A DNA stretch of 64,000 bases from Sphaerodactylus townsendi (lineage: Eukaryota), in the NCBI RefSeq assembly GCF_021028975.2, contig NC_059425.1, positions 155,372,001-155,436,000 on the forward strand, written 5' to 3'. Positions within the stretch are counted from its first letter, which is position 1, and each line of letters begins with the position of its first letter. The notes under the pieces are model-generated. The model worked only from the letters and a program-made list of their open reading frames with translations. It was not told where the DNA came from and searched no databases. Shown here piece by piece: positions 1 to 13,270 of this stretch. The position numbers and the translations under genes are program-made.

Positions 1-149
1 TTTAGATCACTCGACCATAGCTCTGTTGCTGTTGGGTTCCTGGCCTTCTACAATGGCTGAATTGAAGAAGGACACCATGCCCTTCAAAAAGTGTTCTATC
101 TGTAGTATCCAAATGAAACATTTTTTTCCTCTTAATGTTGTAGCAAGCG

Positions 150-1400
150 TGCGATGGTTCTCATCCTACATCAGTGGCAGGCTTTATAAAATAAAGCTGG
201 GGGGGGCATATGCTGGGGTCACTGGGAGCTCTGTTGTGGAGTTTCTGAAAGCTCGGTCCTGTCTCTTATGTTATTCAGCATCTATATGAAGCTGCTAAGG
301 GACGTCACCAGAGGATACGGCATGGGGTGTTACCAATCGACAGATGACAACCAGCTGTTCCTTTCGGTTCCTTTGCATCCGGCAAGGCTGCCCAAGTGCT
401 GGACTGCTTCCTGGAGGCTGTCATGGGTTAGATGAGGGTCAATAAATTGAAATTAAATCCTGATTAGACAGGGTGCTCTGTCTGCCGAGCTCCCAAGTCG
501 GGAGAATCAAGGGACAGCTGGTGCTGGAAGGGGTGGTTCTACTCCAGAAAGACTGGGTGTGGGATCTTGGGGTCATCCTGGATGGGGCACTGTCTCTAGA
601 AACCAGAGGAAACCTGGTGGCAGCAATGACCCAGGAGAGCCCATCAACATATCCAGCTGGTGCACCAGCTCTGCTTTTTCCCAGACTCAGATGACTTGGC
701 CACAGTTATCCATGCTCTAGTAACCACCAGATTAGATTATTGTACTGTGCTATATGTGGGGCTGCCTTTGAGGACAGTCTGGAAGCTTGAGCTGATACAG
801 AATAAAGCAGCTCGTCTGCTGACCAGTACTTTGCATCAGGTCCACATCACTCCTATTCTGAGATGTCTGCACTGGCTTCCACTGGACTCAATTCAAAGTG
901 ACACTGCTAACTTATAAAACCCTATATGGTTTGAGTCCTGGTTTCCTAAGAGAGTGCATCAACTCATATATTCCTGCCCAGCCATTAAGATCAGAGGAGG
1001 AGGCCCACTGTCTGTCTTGGCTCTGTTAGAGGTAGGGGGGAGAGGGAAGCCTGGAGGGCCTTCTCCACAGTGGCCCTCACTATGGAATGCCCTTCCTCCA
1101 GAAGTTCACTGGGCACTTCCTCTCTTGGAATTTCAGCACTTGGCAAAGACAGTCCTGTTCATTCAGGCATTTGGCTGATCCCCGCCACCACTGGGAGGGG
1201 GCCCTCAAGATGTCCAGATACCCCTCCTTTTTGTGGGTATGTGGGGATTTTGTGGGAGATTTTAGATTGTGTCTGGGTTTTTAGAATGGCTTTTTATTGT
1301 ATTTTATTGTGTTTTTACTGTCATTATTTTAATGTTGCATGTTGTATTGTAACATGCACTGAGACTATGGCAAGCGGTTGGTAATACATGTAAATAGAAT
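150..1400 (+). mobile_element. L2-clade LINE, degraded RT C-terminal half and 3' end
   Basis: Frameshifted peptides: a degenerate YADD region near 330-360, V.DLGVILD, and DLATVIHALVTTRLDYC...QNKAARLL...LHWLP (ORF 660..917), then SLWNALP. Confidence 0.85.
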
Positions 1401-2603
1401 AGAATCTTTGAAATGAATTACCTGTGTTTTCTCCTTTTGCAGCTTCTTATGCCAGTGATCCATGTTAATAAACAAAAGCCATGATAAACCATTACAGAAA
1501 AGAAACAGGGAAACCAGAACCAGAAATTAAAGGCAGAAAAGCAAGCAAGATTTAAATAGATTTCATGGCTGTAGTTTAGAGGGAGACAATTGCATAAATT
1601 GTGGTTGGGCATGGGTGTCTGATCCATGGAATAACTGCCTCCTTCTTCAGTCTGGACATGTCGGAAGTCTATTATTGATATTTTATATTCCTGCTGTCTT
1701 TTATACAGGGATAAATACATAGGATAAGAGTAAAATTAAGTGAAACACTGTTTAGATATTGGTGACTACTTATACCAGCAAGAATTCCTAAATTACATGT
1801 TTAGAATTTATACATGATTTCTAGCGGAAAAATATAAATAGTAATATGTTTGGAGGAAAGAAATATGCTGCATCCTCAAAAGTGGATGTACAAAGCAGTG
1901 TAGGTATCCACATATGATATTATTATTCAGACCTATTTATTGTTGCCTTGCATTTTACAGAAGCATTTGATCATTGTCATCTGCCTTGATAGTTCATAGA
2001 ATGAAAGCAGATATAAATATATAAATAACATTTTCCTACATGGAGTTTTGTGACCAGGGCTCTGTAGAAGCATGTTAAACATAGTGGATGTGACAAAAGA
2101 ATTTTAACAAAAAGAAATAGCACCGCTAAATCCAATTGTTATGCGTTTATACTGCTCCTTGCAGAGCTGGAGGTGATACAAGTAGGACAATGTAGAATCA
2201 TACTGTTTAGGAGATAAATGTGTCTGTTCTCCTCTATTTGTACTTTTTTCATTGTTACCTTGGACTTTTTGCATCATAAAATTTGAGATAAGCTTGAAAA
2301 TGTACGCCTCATGAATTGGCTAGAACAGTCAGTTCTGGTGAATTGACATAAACATGTCACATAATACATTTCCCCACTCAGTGTAGGATTCTGTTTAGAC
2401 ATTATGAAAAGCCTTTATCTGTGAAAGCTGACATGTAATTTAAAAAAAACCCTCCAATAACAATCATGCCACCACAGGGGAAAATGTGGCCTTTGGAATC
2501 CACTGACACACGACAATCTGGACATTTAGTACTTCTGTAATGTTAGCTAGCACATGCTAAGGATTTCCAGGGTGTGCATGTTGTGACAATATACCACCTA
2601 TAC

Positions 2604-3057
2604 CAGTGATGGCGAACCTTTTTGAGACCGAGTGCCCAAATTGCAGTCCAAACCCCACTTATTTATCACAAAGTGCCAACCTGGCAATTTAACTTGAATG
2701 CTGAGGTTTTAGTTTAGAAAAAACCGGTTGGCTCTCTCTTCCTCCACCCCACCCGCTCTAGACTTCAGCAAGGCCCACATGCACCACTCTGTGCCTCTCT
2801 AGCATCTCTGCTTCCTCTGCGCCCCGCCCCCCTCAGGCAGCAGCCACCCAGAGCACAGGCACCAGGCCCACCAGCTGAGTCCTCCCTGCTCACCGCGGTG
2901 CGCGCACATCGTGCTCAGTGGCCCAGGCCAGCCTAGATGTGTGTGTATGGGGTGTGTGATTTTCCACCTCCCACATGATGAACTCTGTGTTCGCGTGCCC
3001 ACAGAAAGGGCTCCGAGTGCCACCTCTGGCACCCGTGCCATAGGTTCACCATCATTG
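2604..3057. mobile_element. Non-autonomous hAT DNA transposon
   Basis: TIRs CAGTGATGGCGAACCT / AGGTTCACCATCATTG. Exact 8-bp TSD ACCTATAC at 2596-2603 and 3058-3065. Confidence 0.9.
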
Positions 3058-3795
3058 ACCTATACCATCTATCTTATATTCTTCAAAAGTGTGCCCACTG
3101 AATTTAACAGTAATTCATATCAAAATCTTAGGTGCCATTTAGATACAGCTGTGTTCAAGATCCAACCCTGTGGTTGAATAGAGAGGCATTCTTATGCCAA
3201 AATCCTGTCTTGCTGTACCCAAGGAAGAAATTTTTTATTTATTGGTTCCTCACTTTTCTTTTAATGATGACACAGCAAAGAATACCTTTTTCTTATGAAT
3301 TTATTTCTATAAAATGTATATTCTGCTAACTGAACGACGTCTCTAGTTAGCAAAGAAAGTAATGATACTTATTATTAGTAATAAAATGTAAATCATCAGT
3401 TGTTGCTTTTACACGGTTATTTTCTACAGCAGTAAACTTTTGCAGTTATTTTAATTACTTCTATATATCTTATTCCCAAGCCTGCCCCTGGCTGTGGATA
3501 CTTAAATCCACAGACTTACTGCATACTCAAATCTGAAACTTAAAAAAAACAACAACTTGGGGGGGATTTAAATCCCCCCTCCCAACCTAAAGAAAGTGTT
3601 CCCTGCACATTTGCAGAGAATGCACTTACCATTGGAAGCTGCCAGCGAGGCAGGGATGCTACCTCAGCTAGCAAGACTGCAGAGGGTTAACCAGTTGAGA
3701 TTGGGACTGGGGCATGGGGTTTGTGGCCACATCTCCACATTTAGTTGGCAGAATCAGCTTTTGGAGACAGAGAGGAGGGTAACTGGGATCTACCC

Positions 3796-4042
3796 CAGCA
3801 TGGTGCCGTGGTTAAGAGTGGTGGACTCTAATCTGGAGAATCGGGTTTGATTTCCCATTCCCCACATGAGCAGCGGACTCTTATTTGGTGAACCAGATTT
3901 GTTTCCCCACTCCTCCACATGAAGTCTGCTGGGTGACCTTAGGCTAGTCACAATTAGTTTAGAACTCTCTCAGCCCCACCTACCACACAAGGTTATGTTA
4001 TAGGGAGAGGAAGGGAAAGGAGTTTGTAAGCCGCCTTGAGTC
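3796..4042 (+). mobile_element. tRNA-derived CORE-type SINE (Squam3-like)
   Basis: tRNA-like head with A/B boxes (TGGTGCCGTGGTTAAG...GGTTTGATTTCC) and GGGTGACCTT...TCTCTCAGCC core. Related copies at 30673 and 43809. Confidence 0.75.
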
Positions 4043-4720
4043 ACCTTACAGGAGAGAAAGGAGTCTGATGAATTCCTGCAGTGGGAAGGAGCAGCCAGCA
4101 GTCCAAACAGTCCAGTTTACTCCATCTGATGCTGTGGCATCCAGATGGATGAAGTTAGTTGAAGAAAAAAAAAATGGTACCATTGGCCTCTCACTAGAGT
4201 CACTATATCTTCTTACTCTATCCTGGGCATGTAGCTGCTTGAAAACTAAGCTTGTAGAACATGAGCACTGTAACATGATAGCTGCCGTGAGAAAAACATG
4301 TTCTCCCTTAACCCTGCTCATTCCTATGGAACAAAGACACAAAGCCAACTAGCACTTCTGGTTTGTAAATCCAAAACAAAGGAGAGCTATGACGCTTGCC
4401 CAATTTAACATAATGCTCCATTCTTCGCTGTGGTAGGTACCAACAAATAGACAAACAAAGGAGACTATGTCCATGCAATTCAGGTCAAATTGAGACACTT
4501 GACCACTCTCTCTTTCATTGTGCAAGATTTGCTAAAGTTAGAATGAACCAATCCTCCTTGCCTCCACTCCTATACAACCAATTAACTGATGCTCCTAAGA
4601 TTCCTCTAATCTTGGACAACCTTGATCCCATTGTTTGTGATAATGTAGCGAAATTTCTGTTCAACGTTATAGATACAAGCCTAGATGGATACTAACTTTT
4701 AAATGGTTAGCAATATTATA

Positions 4721-4721
<1 letters not shown>

Positions 4722-4786
<65 letters not shown>
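4722..4786 (+). repeat. (TTAC)n microsatellite, probably the tail of an upstream degraded LINE 3' end
   Basis: Direct reading of tandem TTAC. Confidence 0.9.
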
Positions 4787-4787
<1 letters not shown>

Positions 4788-5345
4788 AAATGATCTGTCC
4801 ATGACAATAGACAAGTAACCAGCCCTCCAATCAACGCATCAAGCCCCGCTACATGCGTTAGTCCAGACACAAATTGAAATAGCCCCATGGTTGCTATGGT
4901 GGCCATGAGGTCCGGAGCGGGTCTTTCAGAGACATCCTCAGTGTGGTAGTTGAAGTCCCCCAGGACAACAGTCCTAGGGTAGACCAGCACCACCTCTAAG
5001 ACTGCCTCTGCCAGGTCAGGCAGAGTGGGCGATACATCAGCAACAACCCCCTTATCTCTCTAGCCAAACACTAAATGCAAACTCTAACCTCTGGACACAA
5101 GATGAGAGGGGTGCCTGGTGAATGTGTGGACTATGGCTACCCCACCAACCTGCCACCCTAGCCTGGGCTGCTGTTGCACCTGATAGTCTTGGGGCAAATC
5201 TGGGTCAGTTCTAATCCCCCTCCCCAGCTAACTTGTTCAGGTCTCTGTTATACAAGCCAGATTGTCCCCCTCATCCAGAATCAAATCCTGGATGAGGGCT
5301 GTCTTGTTCAGGGCTGAACTAGCATTCAAAAGCAGCAGCACCAGT
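4787..5345 (-). mobile_element. L2-clade LINE APE endonuclease fragment
   Basis: Minus-strand peptides NKTALIQDLILDEG..ACITET and VVLGDFNYH...ATMGLFQFVSGLTHVAG (ORF 4781..4993). Confidence 0.8.
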
Positions 5346-7029
5346 GGGCAGGATGACTAACCTCCCTACCTCCCTTTGGATGGGGAGCAGAGCAGTAGGA
5401 GCAATGGCCTGAAGACATCCAGTGTGCCTTCTGAAAACCATTATCTTCTGACCCCAGTGCCATAATGTCCCCTGCCCATAAGCACTGGATGGCTCCAGCC
5501 TCCCTGCCCTTCCCCTCGCCCAGGCACATCCCCCCAGGTGCCCTTGCCCCCTATTAATCTTCTAGGTCCCCTACTATGCTCTTAGGAGTGGGCCCTCGAC
5601 CTCTGACTTCGAGGGAGAGTGATGGAAAGACCCTGTGAATGAACTCTTACTCCAAATTGGGGTTTTCTGACCAGGGCGTCCTCCCACCCCACCCCAGGAG
5701 CTCTATCCCACTCCCAAGCAAGAAGATGGATATCAATAGGGGACCCGTGGTGGCAGTCTCCCTCTTACCCAAATCGAGCTAACCCCCAAATCCCACAAGC
5801 TAAAACAAAGCTTTAAAAAGACTAAACAATTTGGCAGTTTTAAAGCCTCATCAAATATGAACTGGAACACATGGCACAGTGGAATTAACCACTAAATCTG
5901 CATAAATGGTATCTATGGTTCTGAAGTTCTTATGGCTTGAACATGTGGAACATTTGCTGAGGCTGAAAATCCTTTGGCTGTAATTTCGTAATTATTTATT
6001 TATGCAATTTTATACTACCCTTCCCTTCTGGCTCATGGTAGGTTCCAACATAATCCTGTGCATCTTTATTTAGTAACAACTTCAGAGTTCAGAGAGAGTT
6101 AAGTTACCATGTGTATGAATGGACTTGTAGTTGCATAGAACATCTGAGTACCTTGAATCTAGATGAATGTTCATAAATACGATGATGAAATAATATACAT
6201 CTGTTCAAAGGCATATTTCTGTTAAGTAAATAGTTTATAAAAACTTTGCAAATCAGACATTTAAATTATGCTTTTTTGTTCTAATTGTTATTTTAATTAA
6301 AATAACTGACATGTAGAATTAGTTGAGGTTTAATATCTAGTTTTTCTCCCATTATGTCAATGTATTTTGAAACAACACACTGTTAATTGAGTTACAAAAT
6401 GCTTAAACGCTACAGTTAATATGAATAGTTAATGTTTTAATACTTTACCAAATTATAGAAACTGTTCATTTAGATTAAATATTCATTCGTTTTATTACTC
6501 AAATCTAACTGGAATCTCTATTATCAAACACATATTTGTTTAAGATTAATTACAGGGTTCTTTCAATACATTCCTTTTTTGTTATTTCCTTTCTAGAATC
6601 ACCGATTGTAAATTATGAGACTGCATAAATATCTATGATCTTAAATTGTTAGCATACCACAAATTCATTACTCCCCTAATCCTTAACGGTTTAATAGACC
6701 TTAATTTATTTTAATCTTTACTGCTGTTACTTTCTACTGTCTTGAGTGGAGTCCTAATAAAACATGTTACAGTCAAGACAGCCTCTTCTGTAAAGAGGCA
6801 CTTTCTTTAAAAAAACTGATTCCTATTTCCCACGAAAGAACCTCATGTCCCACTGTTCCCAGGGGTCCCCTCCCCATTCTTCATGAATTGGTTTTCAAGA
6901 AGATCAGAAGGGATGCCACAACATGAAAACAAAGTCTGGAAAGGACTGTTCTGCATCAGATCATGCTAATGGAACTTTGGATCTAGATAGATAGATAGAC
7001 AAACCAACAGATAGTTATTACAAGGCAAA

Positions 7030-8450
7030 GTAAATATACTGCCATATAGATGCCATGAGCCTGTCCTGATGGTTGTCAGCCTGACAAAGAGAACAGTGGA
7101 CATTGCCAAGGCCATTTAACCCAATAGCTGTTGGGCAGCAACAGCCTTCTGAAGCTCTTCTGATGGAACCTGGCCACCAGCTTTGAATGGCTGAAACACT
7201 CTTAATAGGAGGATGGCATGACCAACATCTGAGTTTAGAATGGTGCTTATAAACTCAGTTTTATGAGTGGCTGTAACTTGGACTTACTAGCATTAATGAT
7301 AATGCGTAAGATGTGTAAGGCTGATGCCATTGTCTCTGGAGACTGTCTGGTGAGAGCCAGTCATCCAAGTAAGGAAAAGTTGGGTGCCGTCTGTAAGGAC
7401 AGATACTTGACCACCACCACCATTGCTTTAGTAAACCCTTAAGGTGGAGGACAGACAAAACAGCAGGATTTAGAACTCATAAACGAGATCCCCCACAAAC
7501 CTTAAGTACTTCCAGCGACTTCAAGGATGGCTAAATGAAATTATGCATCCTTCAGGTCTGTTTCCAAAACCCAGTCATTCTAAACAGCAAGGGCATAATA
7601 TCGGGCATGGATAGCATTCTAAACTTCTTAGCAATAAATTATGTGGAACCTGAAGAATCATAAAGGGGCACTGACCACTATCCTTTTTTTTTAAATCAAG
7701 AAATAGTGGGAGTAAAACCCTCCCAGGGGAGGATTCGTATTACCCGTATTGCACCTTTATGTAAAGGGGTAGACACTTCTGACATGAGGGCATCAAAATC
7801 AGTAAAAACAGAGTGAATAAGGAAGGATAAAAGAGCATCAAATGAACTCAACCTCTGCCCCCCCCCCTTTTAAATCAGAGATAACACCCAAGTGTCAGGG
7901 TATATCCATAACCAGTATTGCAAAAAACATGACAACCTGTTATCGAATTGCAGACAACAGAGGGCATAATTAATCAGGCTGATGGCTCCCCCCGCCCCAC
8001 AGAGGAAGAGTGGTCTGGGGAAGTAGTCCCTTCTTTTTTCCCTGCCCCAAGCAGAAGGTGGCCCATCAAAAGCACTTAGCAGACTAAGTCCCCAAAATAA
8101 AGTAAAACAAATAAACAAGGATGACTCTAACTCAATAAACTGAAGACAAAATATGTCAAGAACACTCTAGACCACAAAACCTGCTCTGAAATATCTCTTG
8201 TAGGCCTTGATCAAGCTCAGTTATCAGAGACGTCGAAATCACCTCTGCTCTTCATGGTGGCAAAGGACGATCTGAAGGGAAAGGAGTTCCCCTCCTCCGC
8301 AGATCTGGGTGAAGTGATAGCTAGCCCAGGCTTTAACTGGGAAAGGGAGCACCCAATTTGTGACTAAAAGCTCTTGCTATGCTATCTAAAATGCTCCATG
8401 CCTGCACAAGTGTAGTCCCATGTGGGACTACACAGAGGCCACGACGATAA
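7030..8450 (-). mobile_element. DIRS-type (tyrosine recombinase) retrotransposon relic: terminus plus degraded RT
   Basis: Minus-strand RT motifs GFYSHYFLI.KK, DLKDA(Y)FH and FPYLDDWL (ORF 7261..7458), characteristic of DIRS RT. DIRS-like terminal sequence near 8380-8450. Confidence 0.75.
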
Positions 8451-8859
8451 ATATAGAACTTCCCGCTTCAGTCATTAAAAAATGAGAATCTTGTTATCTT
8501 GATACTTTTGAATATACAATAGCGCAGTAATTATCTTGATACAGGTGGTCGTGTAAGTAACCAAAAGGTTACATTGTTTGCACTGTGTTTGCAAGATACT
8601 GGAAATGGACTACAGCTCCATCAGTCCAAGAATGGACACAAAATTTTTATAGACTTGTCAACTGATTAGATTAATGGTTCTAAGGAACAGGAAAGACATA
8701 CAACAGAATGAGTTGATTTGGAAACCAATGATACAAAAGTTATGTCTGCTAATTAACTAGAGTCTTTATTATGTACTTTTAAAATTCTCTGTTTAACTTT
8801 TGTTTGCACAGCATTTTCCCTTTTTCCTAATTGGTCCAAATGTAGGGGCCAAACGGTTT

Positions 8860-9360
8860 GTCAGGAGTTGGTTACTGAGATCATATCACTTCTATACTGA
8901 AAGATCTGAATTGTATCCAATCTGTTTCTGGGTACAGTTCAATGTGCACATTCTTTACAGGCCTAAATGGCTTGAAGCCAGCATAAATGATGGACTGTAC
9001 TCTCCCGTACTGTCTAATCTATCAGTTCAGATCTGCTATCCAAGTCCTGCAGTCTGTGCTACTACCTTCAGAGAATAGACATTTTCTGTGAGGGCAAATT
9101 ATAGTGCCATCCTTCCCCTGAATGTCCACCCTCTTGAGGTTCACCTGGCAACAACCGTACTTTTATCCAGGGTTTTTGATTAGGGCTTTTGTTTCCAACT
9201 ATGGTCTGCTTCTGGTCTGATACCTGTTTTACAGATAGTTTAATGCTTTTTATGTCCCTGGGCATGTTTATTTTCATTTTGATCACTTGTCATTCCAATG
9301 TAAGTTGCCTTCAGTAAGACTCTGGAGAAGTGGTATAAACATCTCCTAAATAAATAAAGA
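8860..9360 (+). mobile_element. Highly degraded L2-like 3' end
   Basis: L(H)(W)LPI.F.VQF-like remnant (LYPICFWVQFNV) ending in an AAAT-rich tail. Confidence 0.5.
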
Positions 9361-11624
9361 ATAAATAATGTTTCTCCAAGAATTTGGCCACATGTTAATG
9401 TCCAAAATTAAGGTGTGTTACAAATTTTCCCACCAAACATTTTCTGATACATTTGGAGCTCTTTTCCAAGGGTTTGTTGCCACATCTTCAGCCTCCAGCA
9501 GAGGGTTTCTTCTTCTTGAGCATAGCAAAGAAGACACCTGGAGCTAGTCTTCTATGTCAATGATGTTGGAGCCAGATAATTTGAATGCTTTGGAAATATG
9601 GTGCTCAATAGTCTCTTTTCCATGTAGATTGATTTTTGAAGTGTACACTTATGAGTGTACGCACACAAACCGTGGCAATGTAAGAACTTGTGTGTAACTT
9701 TTCTTTCCTGAATGGTCATCTGTTCATTCATAAGACCTATTCACTTTCTCTGTTCAAGCAAGCATGCCTTATTTTTTGAAGGAAATGAGCAGGAAAATGA
9801 GAAGAGGGCACGCTTTTTTAATGATTTCCCATCCCTCCTAACTTCCTGCCAAACAAATAGTGAATGACTATCACTTCTTTTGTATGCTTGCTTGTGTGTG
9901 CCCCAGTGAACTCAGTAAGACGTACTTTGAGTATAGTTGCTGGCTCAAGACCAGGAAACTCCTGAAGATTTGGGGTGAAGCTGGAGATTTAAGGGTCTGG
10001 AGAGTGGGAGAGACATCAGCAGATATAGTGGCATGTCCACCCTCCAAAGAAGCAATTTTCTCCAGGGGAACTGATCTCTGTTGTCTGGAGATTCATTGTA
10101 ATTCCTGAAGATCTCCAGGCTCATGTGGTGGTGCTTGGCAACCCAAGATAGGATATAAGTGAAAAAGCTGTGAGGTTGTTCAGGTTCTTTCTCGGTTGAT
10201 TTCTTGCCTTTTATTACTACTCATCTTTATCTTCTAAATCTACTTTTAGAACCAGTTTTCTTGTGAGTATGGCAGGGTGTTTCAGAGGAGGTAAGAAATC
10301 TTAAAGAGCAATACTCGCTCTCCAAATTATTCCTTATGCTTTTTAAAGCATCCTACCATACTGTCAGAGGCAAGGTGACTTTCAGGATTAGGTAAGAATG
10401 TAAAAAAGCTTATCACACAGACATGTAATCCAACCACACACATACCCACACTACAGTAGCCTTTTTATATAAAGTTTATCTCCTGAAGAAAGGTGTTTTT
10501 ATGTTAGAAAAGAATTCTGAATTTAAAACAAAATGTTCGTACTTCAGATGATAAAAGAGTTCATTAGCTATAACACTCAGAAATACTTGTTTGCAGATAG
10601 TGTTGAAGAAATTTGTTAGTTTTGAAGGAATTAGTGATTTTCCGTTCATTTCTCTGAAATGAGGCGTTTTAGGGAGAATGACTAACTCTTGCTCTGACCT
10701 ATACATCATGTCCTACTTCACAGTTACATACATACTTTAAATCCATAGTCTACTTAAACATGGACCTGAAAGAAGGACATGCAATTGGTTTTACATAAAA
10801 CCAACAAAATTGGTTTTTTGTTTATCTGTAGTGCAGCAACAAAATGAACTTTTATCATTACTTTCCTTAAGCTGTTTTTTTTTTCATGCATAGTAAAATA
10901 GAACAGTTCGAAAGCATCTGTGAAAATGAGTAAAATTTAATTTGGAAAGCAAAGTTTGGAAAACAAATCTTTTAACACAATTGTGCTAAAATTATGAGCA
11001 ACAAAATGAATCTTAAAAACAACAATAATAATAATGTTTCCCTGCGCAGAATTTTAAAAATAACCTTGAAACATCCAGTGATGCCTGTTCCTGGTGATGA
11101 GATAGTATAGAACATAGGGCTGTGCTCAGCATGTTGTGAAACTGTACTATTATATGCTTACCATCAATAGATAAAATAAGCTCTTTGTGTTCTGTTATTA
11201 TGACAAGCAACCGGAAAAGTAAGCATGAAAATGTCAAAATGTAAGGTACTATTAAATGTGAGATAAATTACTCAAGCATGTTTGTCAAGATTTTATCTCA
11301 TGTACTTCCTTCAAAAATTATTGAAATAACTATGAGAAATGGATTAATAATAGGGGAATTTCACTGCAGGAAAGGCAACCAGCCAGATATAGAAAAGATC
11401 AATTTGAAAGTGGAAAAAAATAAAAATAAAGAGTATAAATTAAATGCAAAGAAAACAAGCTTGTGTGGGGGGATATATCAGGCACAAAGTCCTGTATTTA
11501 ACAATTTTTAAAGGTTTTACAAGGGCATTTAAAAAAAAATTATTTTGAACATACCTGTGGTTGAAATGTGCCATGTGCCTTTCCTGTTATTTTCAGCAAG
11601 ACTTCTTCAAAAGGACAGTTTTTA

Positions 11625-11650
11625 TATATGTGTGTGTGTGTATATATATA

Positions 11651-11691
<41 letters not shown>

Positions 11692-11720
11692 TGTATATAT
11701 AAACCCATGTGTGTGTGTTC
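11625..11720 (+). repeat. (TG)n/(TA)n microsatellite
   Basis: Direct reading. Confidence 0.95.
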
Positions 11721-12138
11721 TCATATGTAAACAGGAAAATGAATTAAAACCAAGAAGTCCCTGTATTAATTTTGTTAAATTGCATTCATTGAGGACTACA
11801 TAATTGAAGGTACTAATGAAACGAATGTTTCTACAGAGACCCCAACTCTTTTTTTTTCATTGGGTGCATAAACATACACGTTTGTGGTGATCCAGTGGTA
11901 ATTCATTTGTCATACTCCAGTGACTCCCTTACATTAATTGAGAAGTCTTCCCCCAATGCAAATTCCACCAGAAGAAGACCTTTTCTGTCACAGCAGTGAG
12001 TCATTGAATCCAACCAAATATTCTATTGTGAAATATAACCTTTACATTTTTATTTTATTATGAAGTAGCACACATCTAATATACATATGTCTAATATTGT
12101 ATTTTCACCTAAATTTATTTTTCTACCATTTTTTAAAG

Positions 12139-12195
12139 CACAGAACTGTTAAGCTTCATAGACAACCAGTTGGTGGCTTGGGCTTAAGTATAAAG
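12139..12195 (+). CDS. SNTG2: Gamma-2 syntrophin internal exon (57 nt, probably exon 3), start of PDZ domain: HRTVKLHRQPVGGLGLSIK
   Basis: Acceptor ttttttaaag|CAC, donor AAG|gtatg. Encodes the PDZ carboxylate-binding loop GGLGLSIK. Phase 0/0, in frame with the next exon. Confidence 0.95.
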
Positions 12196-12280
12196 GTATG
12201 CATAACTCCTTCTGTGTTAATCTTTTTAATGCACAGGACTTTAGCTAAGATGAGCTAATTTTGTTAATCATCTCTTACAG

Positions 12281-12338
12281 GGTGGTGCTGAGCACAAAGT
12301 GCCTGTTGTCATATCGAAAATATTTAAAGATCAAGCAG
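12281..12338 (+). CDS. SNTG2: Gamma-2 syntrophin internal exon (58 nt): GGAEHKVPVVISKIFKDQA+G
   Basis: Acceptor tctcttacag|GGT, donor GCAG|gtaaag. Peptide matches the gamma-syntrophin PDZ and is closer to SNTG2 (VPVVISKIF) than to SNTG1 as recalled. Ends in phase 1. Confidence 0.95.
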
Positions 12339-12724
12339 GTAAAGCAAATGTTCTTGTATATATGGACAATTTTCGTGTCAAATGCAACAAATAAATATTG
12401 ATGAGCACTGCAAACAAAACTGACCATTATTCAGTGTTGAACAGGTTAGGATTTTTATATCATCCATTATGGCTTTTTTTGTGGTTCACAGGAAGCTACA
12501 TCATCAACATATTCTATAAGTGCAATTGTGGCAAAAGAAAGGAAAAGACAATGATAAAATTTTATGACAGGCTGACATACATATGTGTCCAAGAAATGTT
12601 TCCTACATGAGCTATATGCTCACTCTCATGGAACTGAACTTTTTGTAATAAAAATATGCCTCTAAGGACTATTTCAATGCCACAGTCAAGAATTTCTGTA
12701 TCTTCAAATAAGGTCTGTCTTGGC

Positions 12725-13100
12725 TTAGAACATGTTCAGCTACTGCTGATATCTCAGATTGGATTAGTCATCAGTGCCTTTCGTGTTCTTTAATTCTTGT
12801 CAGAATGCTGTGTTTGTTACCCCTATGTATGCTTATCCACAGCTGCATGGTATGCAGTAGAGTTCTGTAGAGGTTAAGGACAGTCTCACTGATGGTAGCA
12901 TTTGTTGCTGATGGTAGCATTTGTTGTATTTTTCTGATGGGTCTGAAGACTGTCTGAAAGCTATGTTTTTCCATCAGCTTTCCCATTCAATTTGTGGTTC
13001 CCTCAATTTTGGTAGAAATACTGTTCTTTAAGAATATGACCCAGCATGTGGAGCTCTGTGAATTGCTGAGAGTTCTGAGCCAAGGGTTGAAGATGACTCC
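12725..13100 (-). mobile_element. Penelope-like element fragment (RT C-terminus / GIY-YIG endonuclease)
   Basis: ORF 12771..12986 reads GKLMEKHSFQTVFRPIRKIQQML...KHSILTRIKEHERH, typical of the PLE GIY-YIG region. Confidence 0.75.
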
Positions 13101-13122
13101 ATTAGGGATTGTAGCTAGAATG

Positions 13123-13270
13123 CAGGGGCAGAGCGAGTGGGAACTGCGCCCGGGGTACACGCACACCTTGTGCCCCTGCTGTGGCAGCGCCCTGGAACGG
13201 AATGGCCACGGCCCTGCCACACCACCACCCATGGCATCATGCCCCCCATCCCATTGGCGCTACACCACTG
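13123..13270. mobile_element. hAT MITE (148 bp) inserted into an old SINE head
   Basis: Termini CAGGGGCAGAGCG / CGCTACACCACTG. Exact 8-bp TSD CTAGAATG at 13115-13122 and 13271-13278. Confidence 0.85.

Noticed and set aside
3796-3860. tRNA-like sequences (also 30673, 43809, 49272)
   Set aside because: These are SINE heads with no complete cloverleaf.
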